Source of the DNA: Trypanosoma brucei
Lineage: Eukaryota
Direction of reading: 5' to 3'
Length of the DNA stretch: 64,000 bases
Assembly: GCA_000002445.1 (NCBI GenBank)
Contig: CP000070.1
Coordinates: 160,001 to 224,000, forward strand
The notes below the pieces were generated by a model. The model worked only from the letters and a program-made list of their open reading frames with translations. It ran no database searches and was not told the origin of the DNA. Position numbers and translations under genes: made by a program. Within the stretch, counting starts at the first letter, position 1. The number at the start of each line of letters is the position of its first letter. This document shows positions 1-9,509 of this stretch, piece by piece.

Positions 1-3000
1 AAGCAATCCTTCCCCGGGACATCATGCGGAATATAAATGCGTGGAGCGTCGAAAATAATTTTTGAGCGTTGTTTCGACACAACACCAGCAGCCGCGGAGG
101 GCAAAGCCAGTCGCTTATCAATAACAGCGTCACTGCTCCTACTTCCCTCGGGATCCCACAGCTGCGGCATCTCCTGAACTTCTCTGGAATACTTTCTACC
201 AACGGAAGTCAGCGGGCCATGATCGACTACAGATCCACCATCACATGGTTTGTTGTGGCGGTTCTCATCACCAGCTCTCAAGAGGTGACTATCAGCTGCC
301 TTTAGTTCATTTTCCTCGTCGTCGCTAACGTCACCCAACAAAAGGGTGCGGCGAACGGGTGTGCACGCGTTCGCACTACTTGGGCTGTTATCCGCCATAT
401 TTTCCTCAAGTCTTGCTGGCGTGTTAGACTTCCCCCGTGATAAACCACATAGAAAGCCAATGGGGGGAAACGTCTCCTCATCTCCCACCAAAGCCGCTTT
501 AACATGGGCAGAAGGCGATGCAAACCGGGGTGTGCTGGCACGTTGCTGCCCGGGGGTGCGCAATGTAGCCCGAGCTGGCGTAGCACCTGGCGTTGTAAAA
601 TCGAATTGGTAGTTGACAGCAAGTTGCGGTGACTGGAAAACCGGGCTGTGGCATGTTGCGCTACTGAATGGGAGTAGCGTCACGTCAGTTTCTCGTACTG
701 GTGTAGCGGGTGGCGTCACGGCAGAGTAAACTAGGGGCCCACCAATGACGGTTTCACCTTCAACCGCCCTATTTTCCTTGTGTGGTTGCTGACGAGTGAG
801 TGTCGTTGGTAAGGCAAAAGGTTTCTCATCAAGAAAAGTGCCCCATGCCACACTAGCCTCCAGCCATTCCAACCCGACTAATGAGACACGATCGGATGCA
901 GCATACTGTACTAACCTTTGCGGTAGCAATTCCTGGTGCACCTCACAAGGCCACGTGCTACCGCGGGAGAGTAGTGCATCCATACTTTTTCGCTCATCCA
1001 CATCGCCCGTCCTAAAGCAGCAGCGAATGTCAGAAACTGCTGACGAGCCACCCACCGCCACCTCGTCCACAACCTGGGGGATTTTAGAAAGAAAAATGGT
1101 TGCAACATCCACAAGCACAACATGCGTGACAGCTTCCAGCACCAACTTCTCCGCTCGGTGACCACATAGTTCGCTAACAGCAGCACCAAGGCAGTTCAAA
1201 AGTACCCGACGAAGCGCAGTCAGCGTCTCAAACCCCTGATCGTCAATAACGCATCCTTGTTGTCCTGATTTAGAGGGCATCAGACATAAAAAGTACACAG
1301 TTACACCGATGAGTGGAGCTTTTTCATTCCGGCGGCGGCCAAGCCACGGTGATGGTGCTAAGGGCATCCCTCCTTTGGTGGTGACATCACCACGGCGCAA
1401 TAACTGCTGCCGTGCCAGTCGCTCCGCCTCTGTAGGTGTTGATCTATAAAAAAGAAAGCAACTTTTGGGTTGTAATAGGTGACGTGCCGCCAGCGAGCAC
1501 AAAATGTAGTCTTGCGTGACGCTCGGAAGAAAGCGAAACGGGTGGCGAGCGGGGGCGGTATCTGCTTGCCGTTGGTTCCTTCCGAGCAGTAGCACATCGG
1601 AAGGTTTCTGATTTCCATGCGGCACGACATAAAAAACGTGATGAAATGGTCCCGCAGGTCTAGTACCATTTGAAGGGGTGTCAACGTTACCAGGTTTATC
1701 GGATCGGGCTAGCGTAGTTGTTTCGCCTGCTGCTCGAGAAACCTTCCTGTGTGAAAATGATCCCGCATCATGCGCACGGATCAGCTTCCTGTACGCTGAT
1801 GTGAAGTAGTGAATCATCGATGTGATATTGTCCTCACGCGGTTCATTTTCCTTCACCCCAGTACATTCCTTTTCCCCTTCACCGGCACCGGCTCCTGTAC
1901 GGGACAGCACCTTGACCCACTCGTTGAGGGATCTTTTTGTCCATTCACCTTTACCGTATTTGATCAGTGCGCGGACGATATTGAGATCAACGCGTGAAAA
2001 GTCGTTCTCAACGAAACAAAAGAAGGACTTAGTGAATACAGGACGGCACTCTTCGTCATCAGAAGAGCCCTTTAGCAGTACGTATAGCTCGTTGAATTTC
2101 TGCACCGCAAGACTTGCGTCCGCTTCGTAACGTTTCCTTGCATCATCAACTGACTTTGACGACGTTGTTACGGCTTTGTCGTGTTGACGACCACCACTCT
2201 CAGCAGTTGTCGCTTGGTTATTTGTTGGGTTGTTTCTCGGTCGAGGTCGAAGAACGGCTCGATTCACCTTCCCTTGCTGAAGTTGCTGTTGTTGCCGATC
2301 AAAATCCATAAACGCTGCCATGTTCGTCAAGGGTTGAAGGCTGAACATACCAGTCGTCGGAAGTTTCTCCAAGGGAAGTGGAACCGGCTCAAATATTAAA
2401 TCTTCCGCTTCATGACCAGAAGAGGCACTCATCTGCGCTGCCACCTGACAACACTCTCGGAGCCAACCTACCGTTACAATGCGTTCTACCGGGATTCCAT
2501 ATGTCACACTCAGGTGGTCACGCAGCTGCGCAAGCAGCATGGCTTTCTGCTTTTGGTCCTCACTTGCGACCGCAGCCATACGTGTTGCCTCTTTTATGTC
2601 TTCGTCCACCAGTTCGCTGCCTACCACGACCACATCTGTGAAGGGTGTGACAACGGGTGTGCGCAGAAAACGACAGCGTACGGCCATACGTGCACAATCC
2701 ACTAACTGCGGCGGAGTACAACCTAATAGTGATATCTGCAGGAAAGGTCGACTATGTGTAAAGAATGTTTCACAAAAGTCAAATATGTCCTTGTCACCAT
2801 TGCTCCGACTTGCCTCCAGAGAGGTAGAGCTAGTCATACAGTTTTGAAGTCGCACCTCACCGGTCATACCGCTGTTGGTTGGAATGGGATGAGGGTCAGC
2901 AACGGAAGAAAATGGATTCAGCGTTGCACCACTCGTTGAAAGGTGAAGCGGGGGCGGCGCATCCAGCACTGCGTTTTCATCCCCCATTGGAAAACCCGTT

Positions 3001-3998
3001 GCACAGCACTCACTTCCAGTGTGCGAAGTATTCCATGTTCCAAACAACTTCTGCGAAGTGCTCAAATGATGGCTACCCGTTGCTTGTCTTTCGGGGGACA
3101 CTATTCTGATTGCACGCTGCGAATCATCACTAGACAAAGCACTATTGCATTCATCGCGGGCCCTCTTCCTGTACGGTTTGTTGTCGATATCCACCACTAC
3201 ATGTCCCGCGACGGATGTTGCTGCATTCCCTACGGAACCGGCAACCTGCGTATGCGGCACCACACCACCAACAACAGAGCTTGGTAGTGCACAAAGTTCG
3301 GCGATCGTCTCGAAGTCAGTACGAGATAAGCCAGCATCGCAACCGTTGGAGTTTCCACCCAAACAGGTGCTTTGCAGTGCAGCCAATGAAAGGAAACGCG
3401 TGTGCTCTACAACAGGGATATTGGTGGCCCATGCAAAACGAATTTTTTCTGGGAGAATCGGTCCGGCCGCAGCACCGTCACGCATTGCTGTTGAGGGACG
3501 ACCGTGTTTCTGCTGTAATTGTTGGAACTGCTTCAACCAATCGGGGGAAACAAAAAGCATGGAAATACACGCCGAGAGTGTTCGACTAAAGGTTCCGCCA
3601 TTACTTTCGATGATAGAAGTGAGAGCTCTTTCCTCGTCCACAGTCAACTGCGTTGCGCAGAAAACATAACCATGAAGAAGAGGCACACGACAGTCACTAA
3701 TGGGAAGGCGGCCATGTGATTCCAACCACCGCAATGACACGACAGGTATCGACTGCTGCTCCGCTACAAGGCGTTTACGAGTAAGTCCTCGCCCAGCGAC
3801 AAGAATGGTTGTCCGTTTTGTGATGCGCGTCTGCGTTTTTGCCCCAAGCGAAGAAGCGAGATTCGTTACCTGGCGAAGTGACACTGCCCCACTCATCTCC
3901 CCGTTTGCGGGTGCCGCTGTTACAGTACTAACTGCATCGTCCTCGTCGACTTCATCGGAGAATCCAGAGAAACACACATAGTGACCAGAGAGAGCCAT
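1..3998 (-). CDS. Partial CDS whose 3' end lies beyond the left window edge (at least 1332 codons). N-terminal tandem BRCT domains, then a long low-complexity Ser/Ala/Pro-rich region. Absent from the supplied ORF track because it has no in-window stop codon.
   Basis: ATG at 3998..3996 (reverse). I checked every + strand triplet starting at a position divisible by 3, from 3 to 3996, and found no TTA/CTA/TCA. So this reverse frame has no stop for 1332 codons. Translation starts MALSGHYVCFSGFSDEVDEDD...GAKTQTRITKRTTILVAGRGLTRKRLVAEQQSIPVVSLRWLESHGRLPISDCRVPLLHGYVFCATQLTVDEERALTSIIESNGGTFSR. This matches the BRCT pattern hhFSGf...KvTHLVag...giPIVs.eWL, twice. Same strand as all other genes. Confidence 0.75.
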   Translation of the reverse strand, partial: MALSGHYVCFSGFSDEVDEDDAVSTVTAAPANGEMSGAVSLRQVTNLASSLGAKTQTRITKRTTILVAGRGLTRKRLVAEQQSIPVVSLRWLESHGRLPISDCRVPLLHGYVFCATQLTVDEERALTSIIESNGGTFSRTLSACISMLFVSPDWLKQFQQLQQKHGRPSTAMRDGAAAGPILPEKIRFAWATNIPVVEHTRFLSLAALQSTCLGGNSNGCDAGLSRTDFETIAELCALPSSVVGGVVPHTQVAGSVGNAATSVAGHVVVDIDNKPYRKRARDECNSALSSDDSQRAIRIVSPERQATGSHHLSTSQKLFGTWNTSHTGSECCATGFPMGDENAVLDAPPPLHLSTSGATLNPFSSVADPHPIPTNSGMTGEVRLQNCMTSSTSLEASRSNGDKDIFDFCETFFTHSRPFLQISLLGCTPPQLVDCARMAVRCRFLRTPVVTPFTDVVVVGSELVDEDIKEATRMAAVASEDQKQKAMLLAQLRDHLSVTYGIPVERIVTVGWLRECCQVAAQMSASSGHEAEDLIFEPVPLPLEKLPTTGMFSLQPLTNMAAFMDFDRQQQQLQQGKVNRAVLRPRPRNNPTNNQATTAESGGRQHDKAVTTSSKSVDDARKRYEADASLAVQKFNELYVLLKGSSDDEECRPVFTKSFFCFVENDFSRVDLNIVRALIKYGKGEWTKRSLNEWVKVLSRTGAGAGEGEKECTGVKENEPREDNITSMIHYFTSAYRKLIRAHDAGSFSHRKVSRAAGETTTLARSDKPGNVDTPSNGTRPAGPFHHVFYVVPHGNQKPSDVLLLGRNQRQADTAPARHPFRFLPSVTQDYILCSLAARHLLQPKSCFLFYRSTPTEAERLARQQLLRRGDVTTKGGMPLAPSPWLGRRRNEKAPLIGVTVYFLCLMPSKSGQQGCVIDDQGFETLTALRRVLLNCLGAAVSELCGHRAEKLVLEAVTHVVLVDVATIFLSKIPQVVDEVAVGGSSAVSDIRCCFRTGDVDERKSMDALLSRGSTWPCEVHQELLPQRLVQYAASDRVSLVGLEWLEASVAWGTFLDEKPFALPTTLTRQQPHKENRAVEGETVIGGPLVYSAVTPPATPVRETDVTLLPFSSATCHSPVFQSPQLAVNYQFDFTTPGATPARATLRTPGQQRASTPRFASPSAHVKAALVGDEETFPPIGFLCGLSRGKSNTPARLEENMADNSPSSANACTPVRRTLLLGDVSDDEENELKAADSHLLRAGDENRHNKPCDGGSVVDHGPLTSVGRKYSREVQEMPQLWDPEGSRSSDAVIDKRLALPSAAAGVVSKQRSKIIFDAPRIYIPHDVPGKDC

Positions 3999-4529
3999 GT
4001 AAAATTGTCTATGGCCCTTCTCCGCTTTATGTTCTCCCCTGTCCTCCTTTTGATTTTGTTTTATTTTTTGGCAGGTGTCCTTTGGCCCTGAACAAGCACA
4101 CGCGCGACTTTGCGAGAAAAAAATTAAGAAAGAAGGATTGCTGAAGCGATGCGGTTCCCCCATGTGCGAATAAAGTTATGTTACTCAACGTAAAAGATGA
4201 TAGAGACGATCATATCACGCTGCAGTTGAAACTGTTCGCAGGTGGGTCATACTTAACAAATTTCATCAATAAACAAAAGCTGGGGGTTTTATTATTATTA
4301 TGGAAAATTGAAAAGAAAACGTAAACAAATCGCGTGAAAGGAGGGCCTCTCGGATAACGGAACGTAGCACGCCTGGAAGAAAGGATTAGCCTCTCCTTGT
4401 CCACATGCACGGACATTTTTCTAATAAACGTGTATGATCACCCCCCCCCCTCGTTGCTGTTGGAGCTTATTGTTGGAAGGGATGGGAGGGGGGTCTCGCT
4501 CTTCCCATCAATCTATTCATACACCTCTA

Positions 4530-6401
4530 TCAGTTTCTCGGTGGGATAAATATATCACCGTCGTCATCCTCGTCGTCACTACCGGTGAAATTGGTCACAC
4601 TTACGTCTCGCCACATCTCAGGATCACTGATGCCTTCGTGAGAGGTGTTTGAAGTAAAGGCCCGCGGTGCATCATTCCCGGAAGCACGTCGATTGTTGTT
4701 GGTTCCATTAGCCACCGCCTCGTTGCTGTCTTCTTCACCAGTTTCTGAACTTGTCAGCTCAGCATCGTCGTTGATGTTTCCAACATTGTCATTATCAATA
4801 AAGATTCGATTATCCCGCCCTTGATCGTTGTAACGTTCCACATGTGCTCCAGAAGCCGAGAGTCTGACCGTTTCGGACGCTCCTAAGCCCCCGTGAGCGG
4901 CGAGCCCCAGTGTTTCACGGAACTCCCGGAGGCGCCTCATGTGTTGGTCTCTCTCCTCTTGTTTCATCAGTAATAGCTCCTTTTTTTCGGCCTCATCTCC
5001 TCCACGGGCCCACGCCGTTACAAGGCGCCGCTCACCGTCGAAAACTGGTCGGTCATCCAGATGAAACAATTTGCTGCAGCGCGCGAGTACGGTCTTTCGA
5101 TACCGCGGAATGGTTCTCACGAGGGGATTACCAGACAGCTTCAAGGCCCTCAGACGATACATTCGCTCCAATACGAGAAGAACTGCCTCACCATCGGCAA
5201 GTTGGTTGTTGCTGAGGTCCAGTACCGAAAGGTTCTTGTAGCACAGTAGCTGAATTATGTCGTTCGCTGCGGTGAGATAATTACAAGCTAGATTTAGTGT
5301 ACGGAGGGAACTACAGGGAGTGCGATACTCGTCAGGGACCTCACTAAGAGGTTTGCCATCTTCTAGCGGATCCAGTGGTTTATGCGGACAGAAGGAGGCA
5401 TATGCATCCAATCGTTTGCACCATGCCTCCAAGTTCCCATCCCTCCCGGGGTCATTAACTGCGTTTCCGACATCACAACCGTCACCGCTAACCTTTTCAT
5501 TGATATGTATCCCTTCTTCTTGCGTTACTTCTGGACTGCCGGTGGCATCCTCGGTTATCTCGTCGGATTGCTGCTGCAACAACTTCCCCCCGGTGGGAGA
5601 ACTATTCAGTTCGCGCTGCATGCTCTTGGAGTTGGCCACAATAGCATTAGCCTTCGTGGTCAGCTCCTCCTCGTATTGCGCAGCCTTTTTATCGAAAGGC
5701 GCACAGGAGACTTCGACAGAGCGAATACAGTTGCTGGATAAGTTAACGGAGTCCAGAAACTGAAACGAACTTAAGTCTGGCATACGTCGCAATGCGTTGT
5801 TATGCAAATACAACTGGCGCAGCGTCGGGTAGAGAGATTGAAACACGTCCTTGGTGGCCCTTCCCGCGTTACATGACGACTTGGTGGCAGTCGACTTAAA
5901 AGCAAGCGCCGCGGCGCCATCGGTTTTACTATTTATACCATATTCTGCCGACCTCACGCACCCTGCAGCACCCGAGGAATCCACCTGAGATCTTTCCAAC
6001 CAGTCCGCACAGCAATCCAAGTGGGCACTTTTGGACATAACCTGTGTCGTGTCAGTAGCGCTCGCTTCCGTATACGCGTTCACCTCTTCTTCAGTTCCTG
6101 CACCCTGCCCCTCCGCCTGCACATTGCATGGTTGGCTATCTTTCCCGCAATGAATAACAGTGAAGGCATTGCCCTCCAACCAAAGCACCTTCACATCCGT
6201 GTAAGGATCAAAGGCACCCTCTTCAATACTATCAAATCCCTTATTGTGCAGGTAAAGCTTTTCATTACATACTGGGTTGCGGTAAAATCCAGTCTTGACA
6301 CAAATGCGCTTTATGACATCGGTTGTGATGGTCGTGGAGAGTGAATTTTCCGTCATACTTCGGTTGCTCTTCCAACCGATGGCAAGGTTGTTAGGCTCCA
6401 A
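4530..6401 (-). CDS. DNAAF1: Dynein axonemal assembly factor 1 (LRRC50/ODA7) homolog. LRR + LRRcap protein with a ~200-aa lineage-specific insertion after the first LRR.
   Basis: 623-aa ORF. KRICVKTGFYRNPVCNEKLYLHNKGFDSIEEGAFDPYTDVKVLWLEGNAF and LKLSGNPLVRTIPRYRKTVLARCSKLFHLDDRPVFDGERRLVTAWARGGDEAEKKE line up closely with human DNAAF1 (…[31 protein letters not shown]… and …[49 protein letters not shown]…). The true start may be the internal Met at MTENSL. Confidence 0.8.
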   Translation of the reverse strand: MEPNNLAIGWKSNRSMTENSLSTTITTDVIKRICVKTGFYRNPVCNEKLYLHNKGFDSIEEGAFDPYTDVKVLWLEGNAFTVIHCGKDSQPCNVQAEGQGAGTEEEVNAYTEASATDTTQVMSKSAHLDCCADWLERSQVDSSGAAGCVRSAEYGINSKTDGAAALAFKSTATKSSCNAGRATKDVFQSLYPTLRQLYLHNNALRRMPDLSSFQFLDSVNLSSNCIRSVEVSCAPFDKKAAQYEEELTTKANAIVANSKSMQRELNSSPTGGKLLQQQSDEITEDATGSPEVTQEEGIHINEKVSGDGCDVGNAVNDPGRDGNLEAWCKRLDAYASFCPHKPLDPLEDGKPLSEVPDEYRTPCSSLRTLNLACNYLTAANDIIQLLCYKNLSVLDLSNNQLADGEAVLLVLERMYRLRALKLSGNPLVRTIPRYRKTVLARCSKLFHLDDRPVFDGERRLVTAWARGGDEAEKKELLLMKQEERDQHMRRLREFRETLGLAAHGGLGASETVRLSASGAHVERYNDQGRDNRIFIDNDNVGNINDDAELTSSETGEEDSNEAVANGTNNNRRASGNDAPRAFTSNTSHEGISDPEMWRDVSVTNFTGSDDEDDDGDIFIPPRN

Positions 6402-6859
6402 CGGGAAGATGCACTCTTCCTATCACCCACTCCCCCTATATGTAGCGGCCGCTCCTTCACACTCGGTGAATGAAGAAAGCAGTGAATGGCTAAATAATAG
6501 TGATAATAGTCTTTCAAGTAGGTGCTAGTGATGCTATGGTAGTATCAGTACCTCAGTGTGTTAGCTTTTTTTTTAACCTTTTGGTATTGTGTGATCTAAA
6601 TGTCTTCACACTAGAGGGTTCTGCTCCCTTGTGTGTGTTTGGTCGGAGGAGCGAATCCAACGACGGTAACGCAGCAGCGGCGGAGTAACGAGGCGATAGT
6701 CAAAATAAACAAAAGCAAAATATAACGAGTGAGCAAACCACGTACCGATGCACATCTGCGCAAGTGGTGGCATAGAACGGAATTAAAAGGTGAAGTCAAA
6801 CGTCAGCGAATGGCAAGTGGCAAATGGGGAAAAGAAGAGTAACTCCCCTCGCCCTAATG

Positions 6860-6897
6860 TATTCGAAAACAGAAGAAGAAAAAAGGGGAAAAGAACC
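6860..6897 (-). promoter_or_regulatory. Candidate polypyrimidine tract (minus-strand sense) for SL trans-splicing of the downstream DNAAF1-like gene and polyadenylation of the upstream DnaJ gene.
   Basis: The + strand reads gaagaagaaaaaaggggaaaagaa, which is a T/C-rich tract on the coding (minus) strand. It sits ~460-500 nt 5' of the ATG at 6401, in the intergenic gap. Confidence 0.35.
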
Positions 6898-7244
6898 TCC
6901 CCTGAGGAACTCTCCGGCAGCTAACACGCGAGTCGCTTATGTCACAACGCTGTAGACCCCATGCGGAAATGCGTTTGCACCAACAACTTGTGTGTGTGAG
7001 AGAGAGGAAACATACGTGAAGTGCTCGGATATATCCCCCCGACGGTTCACCTTTAAAAGAAATGTGTGATGTTTCTAACGATAGCATACTGATATGTGAC
7101 GCGTCATGCACATGCATAGGTGATGTCCGGCCTCCAAAAATGGGTTGCTGTGCAGCTTTTGTCATGAATAAATACAAAAGAGACGCTCCCCCTAAACAAA
7201 AGATAAAACAAACGCCCCTCCCCCTGTCTTTCCCAATAGAATAC

Positions 7245-8888
7245 TTAACCACCTTCACCTCGTTTCTGCTGTTGATAATAATCTCTGAGGGAATTCATTA
7301 GAGCGTCCATGGTTTGCTTATTAGCACCTTTGTACGACTGGCCGTAAGTTATGAATATTTCAGCCAGTGCCTGCAAGGCTTCAAGTCGCTGTCGCCGCTC
7401 CTCTTCGGGTACCTGATGATCCAGTAGAAGAGACGTTGCCACCCACCGAGCTGTGCTCTCCAATTCCTCAACGGAGGTGTACCAGGCCAAATCCACCATT
7501 GTAGCAGAATCCCTAAGAGTGTGTTGGCGGATGCGGCACAAGTGGCGCCATTTGTCAAGGCGTCGACGCATACGATGCGGCCCCGCCTCGTTTAAATACA
7601 GAGTCATTCTCTCCCTTGGTCCAGACGCTTTGCCGTACAGCACCACACGCATGTACTCATGACCCACCGCATGCAGAACCTCGCGCGCAAGACCCGTGTT
7701 AAGTAACCGTTGCAAGCGTCCCTTGAGTTCCTGAAGCGCAGGCGCGCCCTTGCTGTCCTTCTCGCTCCGTAGAGGTTGCAAGTAAACGCTAAGCAACTCA
7801 TCGCGACACCGTTCCAGCGTGCGCTGCCTGAAAATAGCAAGCTCTTCCTGTGTCCAGTCAAGTCCATCAATTACACGTTGCGAAAAGCTCCCTGTCTTAA
7901 CGTCACCCACTATGGCATACAGAGCGTCACCACCAAATAGGGCCCGAACAGCACCACGCTTCTTCTTACCTATGTCCTCTACCCCACTTCTCCCACCCAT
8001 ATCATACTTACGGCGCTTCTCCGCGTTACCAAGAACACGGTATGCTTTGGTTAAAACGTCAAACTGAGACGCTGCTGATTGGCTTGGATTCCTGTCAGGG
8101 TGAATTTCAAGAGCAAGACGATTGTAAGCCTCTTTGATTTGCTGCGGTGTTGCGTCCCGTGTAACACCTAGAATTGCATAGTAATCGTCACCTTCACTAG
8201 GGTGTGTACCTCCCTTTCGTTCATACCCTACATCTCGCTTGCCCCGGCGCTTGCGACGCGTTTCCCGCTTCATTGCCCGCTCGAACAGTTTTTCCGGTGG
8301 TGCCTGAAGTGAGAGAAGTGGATGGGAATTGCCAACAACACCAGAGGGGTACTCATATCTGCAGGAGAGTTCATTCCAGCAGCAACCTGGGCAAAACAGG
8401 TAAAATATGGGCGCCCTCAACGTGTGAACGCCGCATAGCAGCATCTGTTGCACAGCCGCGTACCATGCAATGGCCATAAAAACAGCTCCCCAGAACAACC
8501 CAACACCTGGGGCAATGACTAAAGCCGCTGGTCTCAAGCCTCGCAACCGTATCGCCTCAAGGGATACGGAAAGCGCCAGTAACGGCGAAACGAGAAAAGA
8601 AAGCGTTATATTAAGGGCAGCCCCACCCACAGCCCTCACTATATTCCTCGTTGGGCGTGTTGAAAGGATCACACGCCCCTCATCACCTTCTTCCTCACAG
8701 CGCCGCTTCAGAAATGCAACTTCCTCCTCCGTTATTAGCGTGAAAACCCTGCGATCGCCTTCTGGTCGGACAAAGGAGGAAAGCCACCATCCTTTACCAC
8801 TGGTGCGCCGTGCTTGGAGCGGGATGTGTTGCGTCACCGCGGTCAACTGCTGAAGAATGAGCCGCCTGGCTGTTAGTCCACTTGACAT
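7245..8888 (-). CDS. DnaJ (J-domain) protein with N-terminal transmembrane helices and a C-terminal DnaJ-X-like domain.
   Basis: 547-aa ORF. J-domain DYYAILGVTRDATPQQIKEAYNRLALEIHPDRNPSQSAASQFDVLTKAYRVLGNAEKRRKYD with the HPD motif. Hydrophobic segments LNITLSFLVSPLLALSVSL and LVIAPGVGLFWGAVFMAIAWYAAV. C-terminal region resembles DnaJ-X. Confidence 0.8.
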   Translation of the reverse strand: MSSGLTARRLILQQLTAVTQHIPLQARRTSGKGWWLSSFVRPEGDRRVFTLITEEEVAFLKRRCEEEGDEGRVILSTRPTRNIVRAVGGAALNITLSFLVSPLLALSVSLEAIRLRGLRPAALVIAPGVGLFWGAVFMAIAWYAAVQQMLLCGVHTLRAPIFYLFCPGCCWNELSCRYEYPSGVVGNSHPLLSLQAPPEKLFERAMKRETRRKRRGKRDVGYERKGGTHPSEGDDYYAILGVTRDATPQQIKEAYNRLALEIHPDRNPSQSAASQFDVLTKAYRVLGNAEKRRKYDMGGRSGVEDIGKKKRGAVRALFGGDALYAIVGDVKTGSFSQRVIDGLDWTQEELAIFRQRTLERCRDELLSVYLQPLRSEKDSKGAPALQELKGRLQRLLNTGLAREVLHAVGHEYMRVVLYGKASGPRERMTLYLNEAGPHRMRRRLDKWRHLCRIRQHTLRDSATMVDLAWYTSVEELESTARWVATSLLLDHQVPEEERRQRLEALQALAEIFITYGQSYKGANKQTMDALMNSLRDYYQQQKRGEGG

Positions 8889-9509
8889 GTACCCTAAACC
8901 TTTCCATCACCAGAGTCAAAAAGCAGAAGATAAACGTGTTAACCCTGACAACTTCCACTGCTCTAAAACAATAAATGAACAAACAAGGCAACAATGTGAA
9001 ACGCAACACAGTGGAGTTATTAGAAAATGGGAACAATCGTTTATTAGTCCGAAACGATTCCTACAGCGCACAAAGATTTCTTTCTTGGTGCTTTTAATGG
9101 TACTGCGGATAATTTCCATGCCTTCAGGTATGTAATATGGGTTCATTTCGAAAGAAAAAAAAGATAAACGCACGTGAGCGACACATGTGTATCTATAAAT
9201 GTATACATGTTGATCAAAGTGACGACATGACGATTGTATAAAACACAAATCTATATCTATGTGGTTGGTTTAAATGAAATCTCGCCTCAAACCCATGTAA
9301 ACGCAGGTTTGTAGGTACAAGAGTTCACGTGCAATTTAAAACAATATGTTGCTTCTATTGCTACATTGTCATGTCTAATTATATCTAGAATACGTTTGAC
9401 AAAGAGAGTTTTAAAGAAAAAAAAAAGAAAACTTTTTCTCTACAGAAACCGCAAAATCGTCCAAGCGGTGGTGGTAGTGCACTTATGGTCCTGCGCATAA
9501 AACTTGTTC

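Noticed and set aside
1358-3981. Many overlapping 60-170-aa plus-strand ORFs (e.g. 3145..3669, 2943..3287) and short minus ORFs in another frame (302..622, 911..1189, 1358..1684)
   Set aside because: They lie inside or antisense to the long BRCT-gene reading frame (minus strand, frame of ATG 3998), which is open for 1332 codons. Their sequences are not protein-like.
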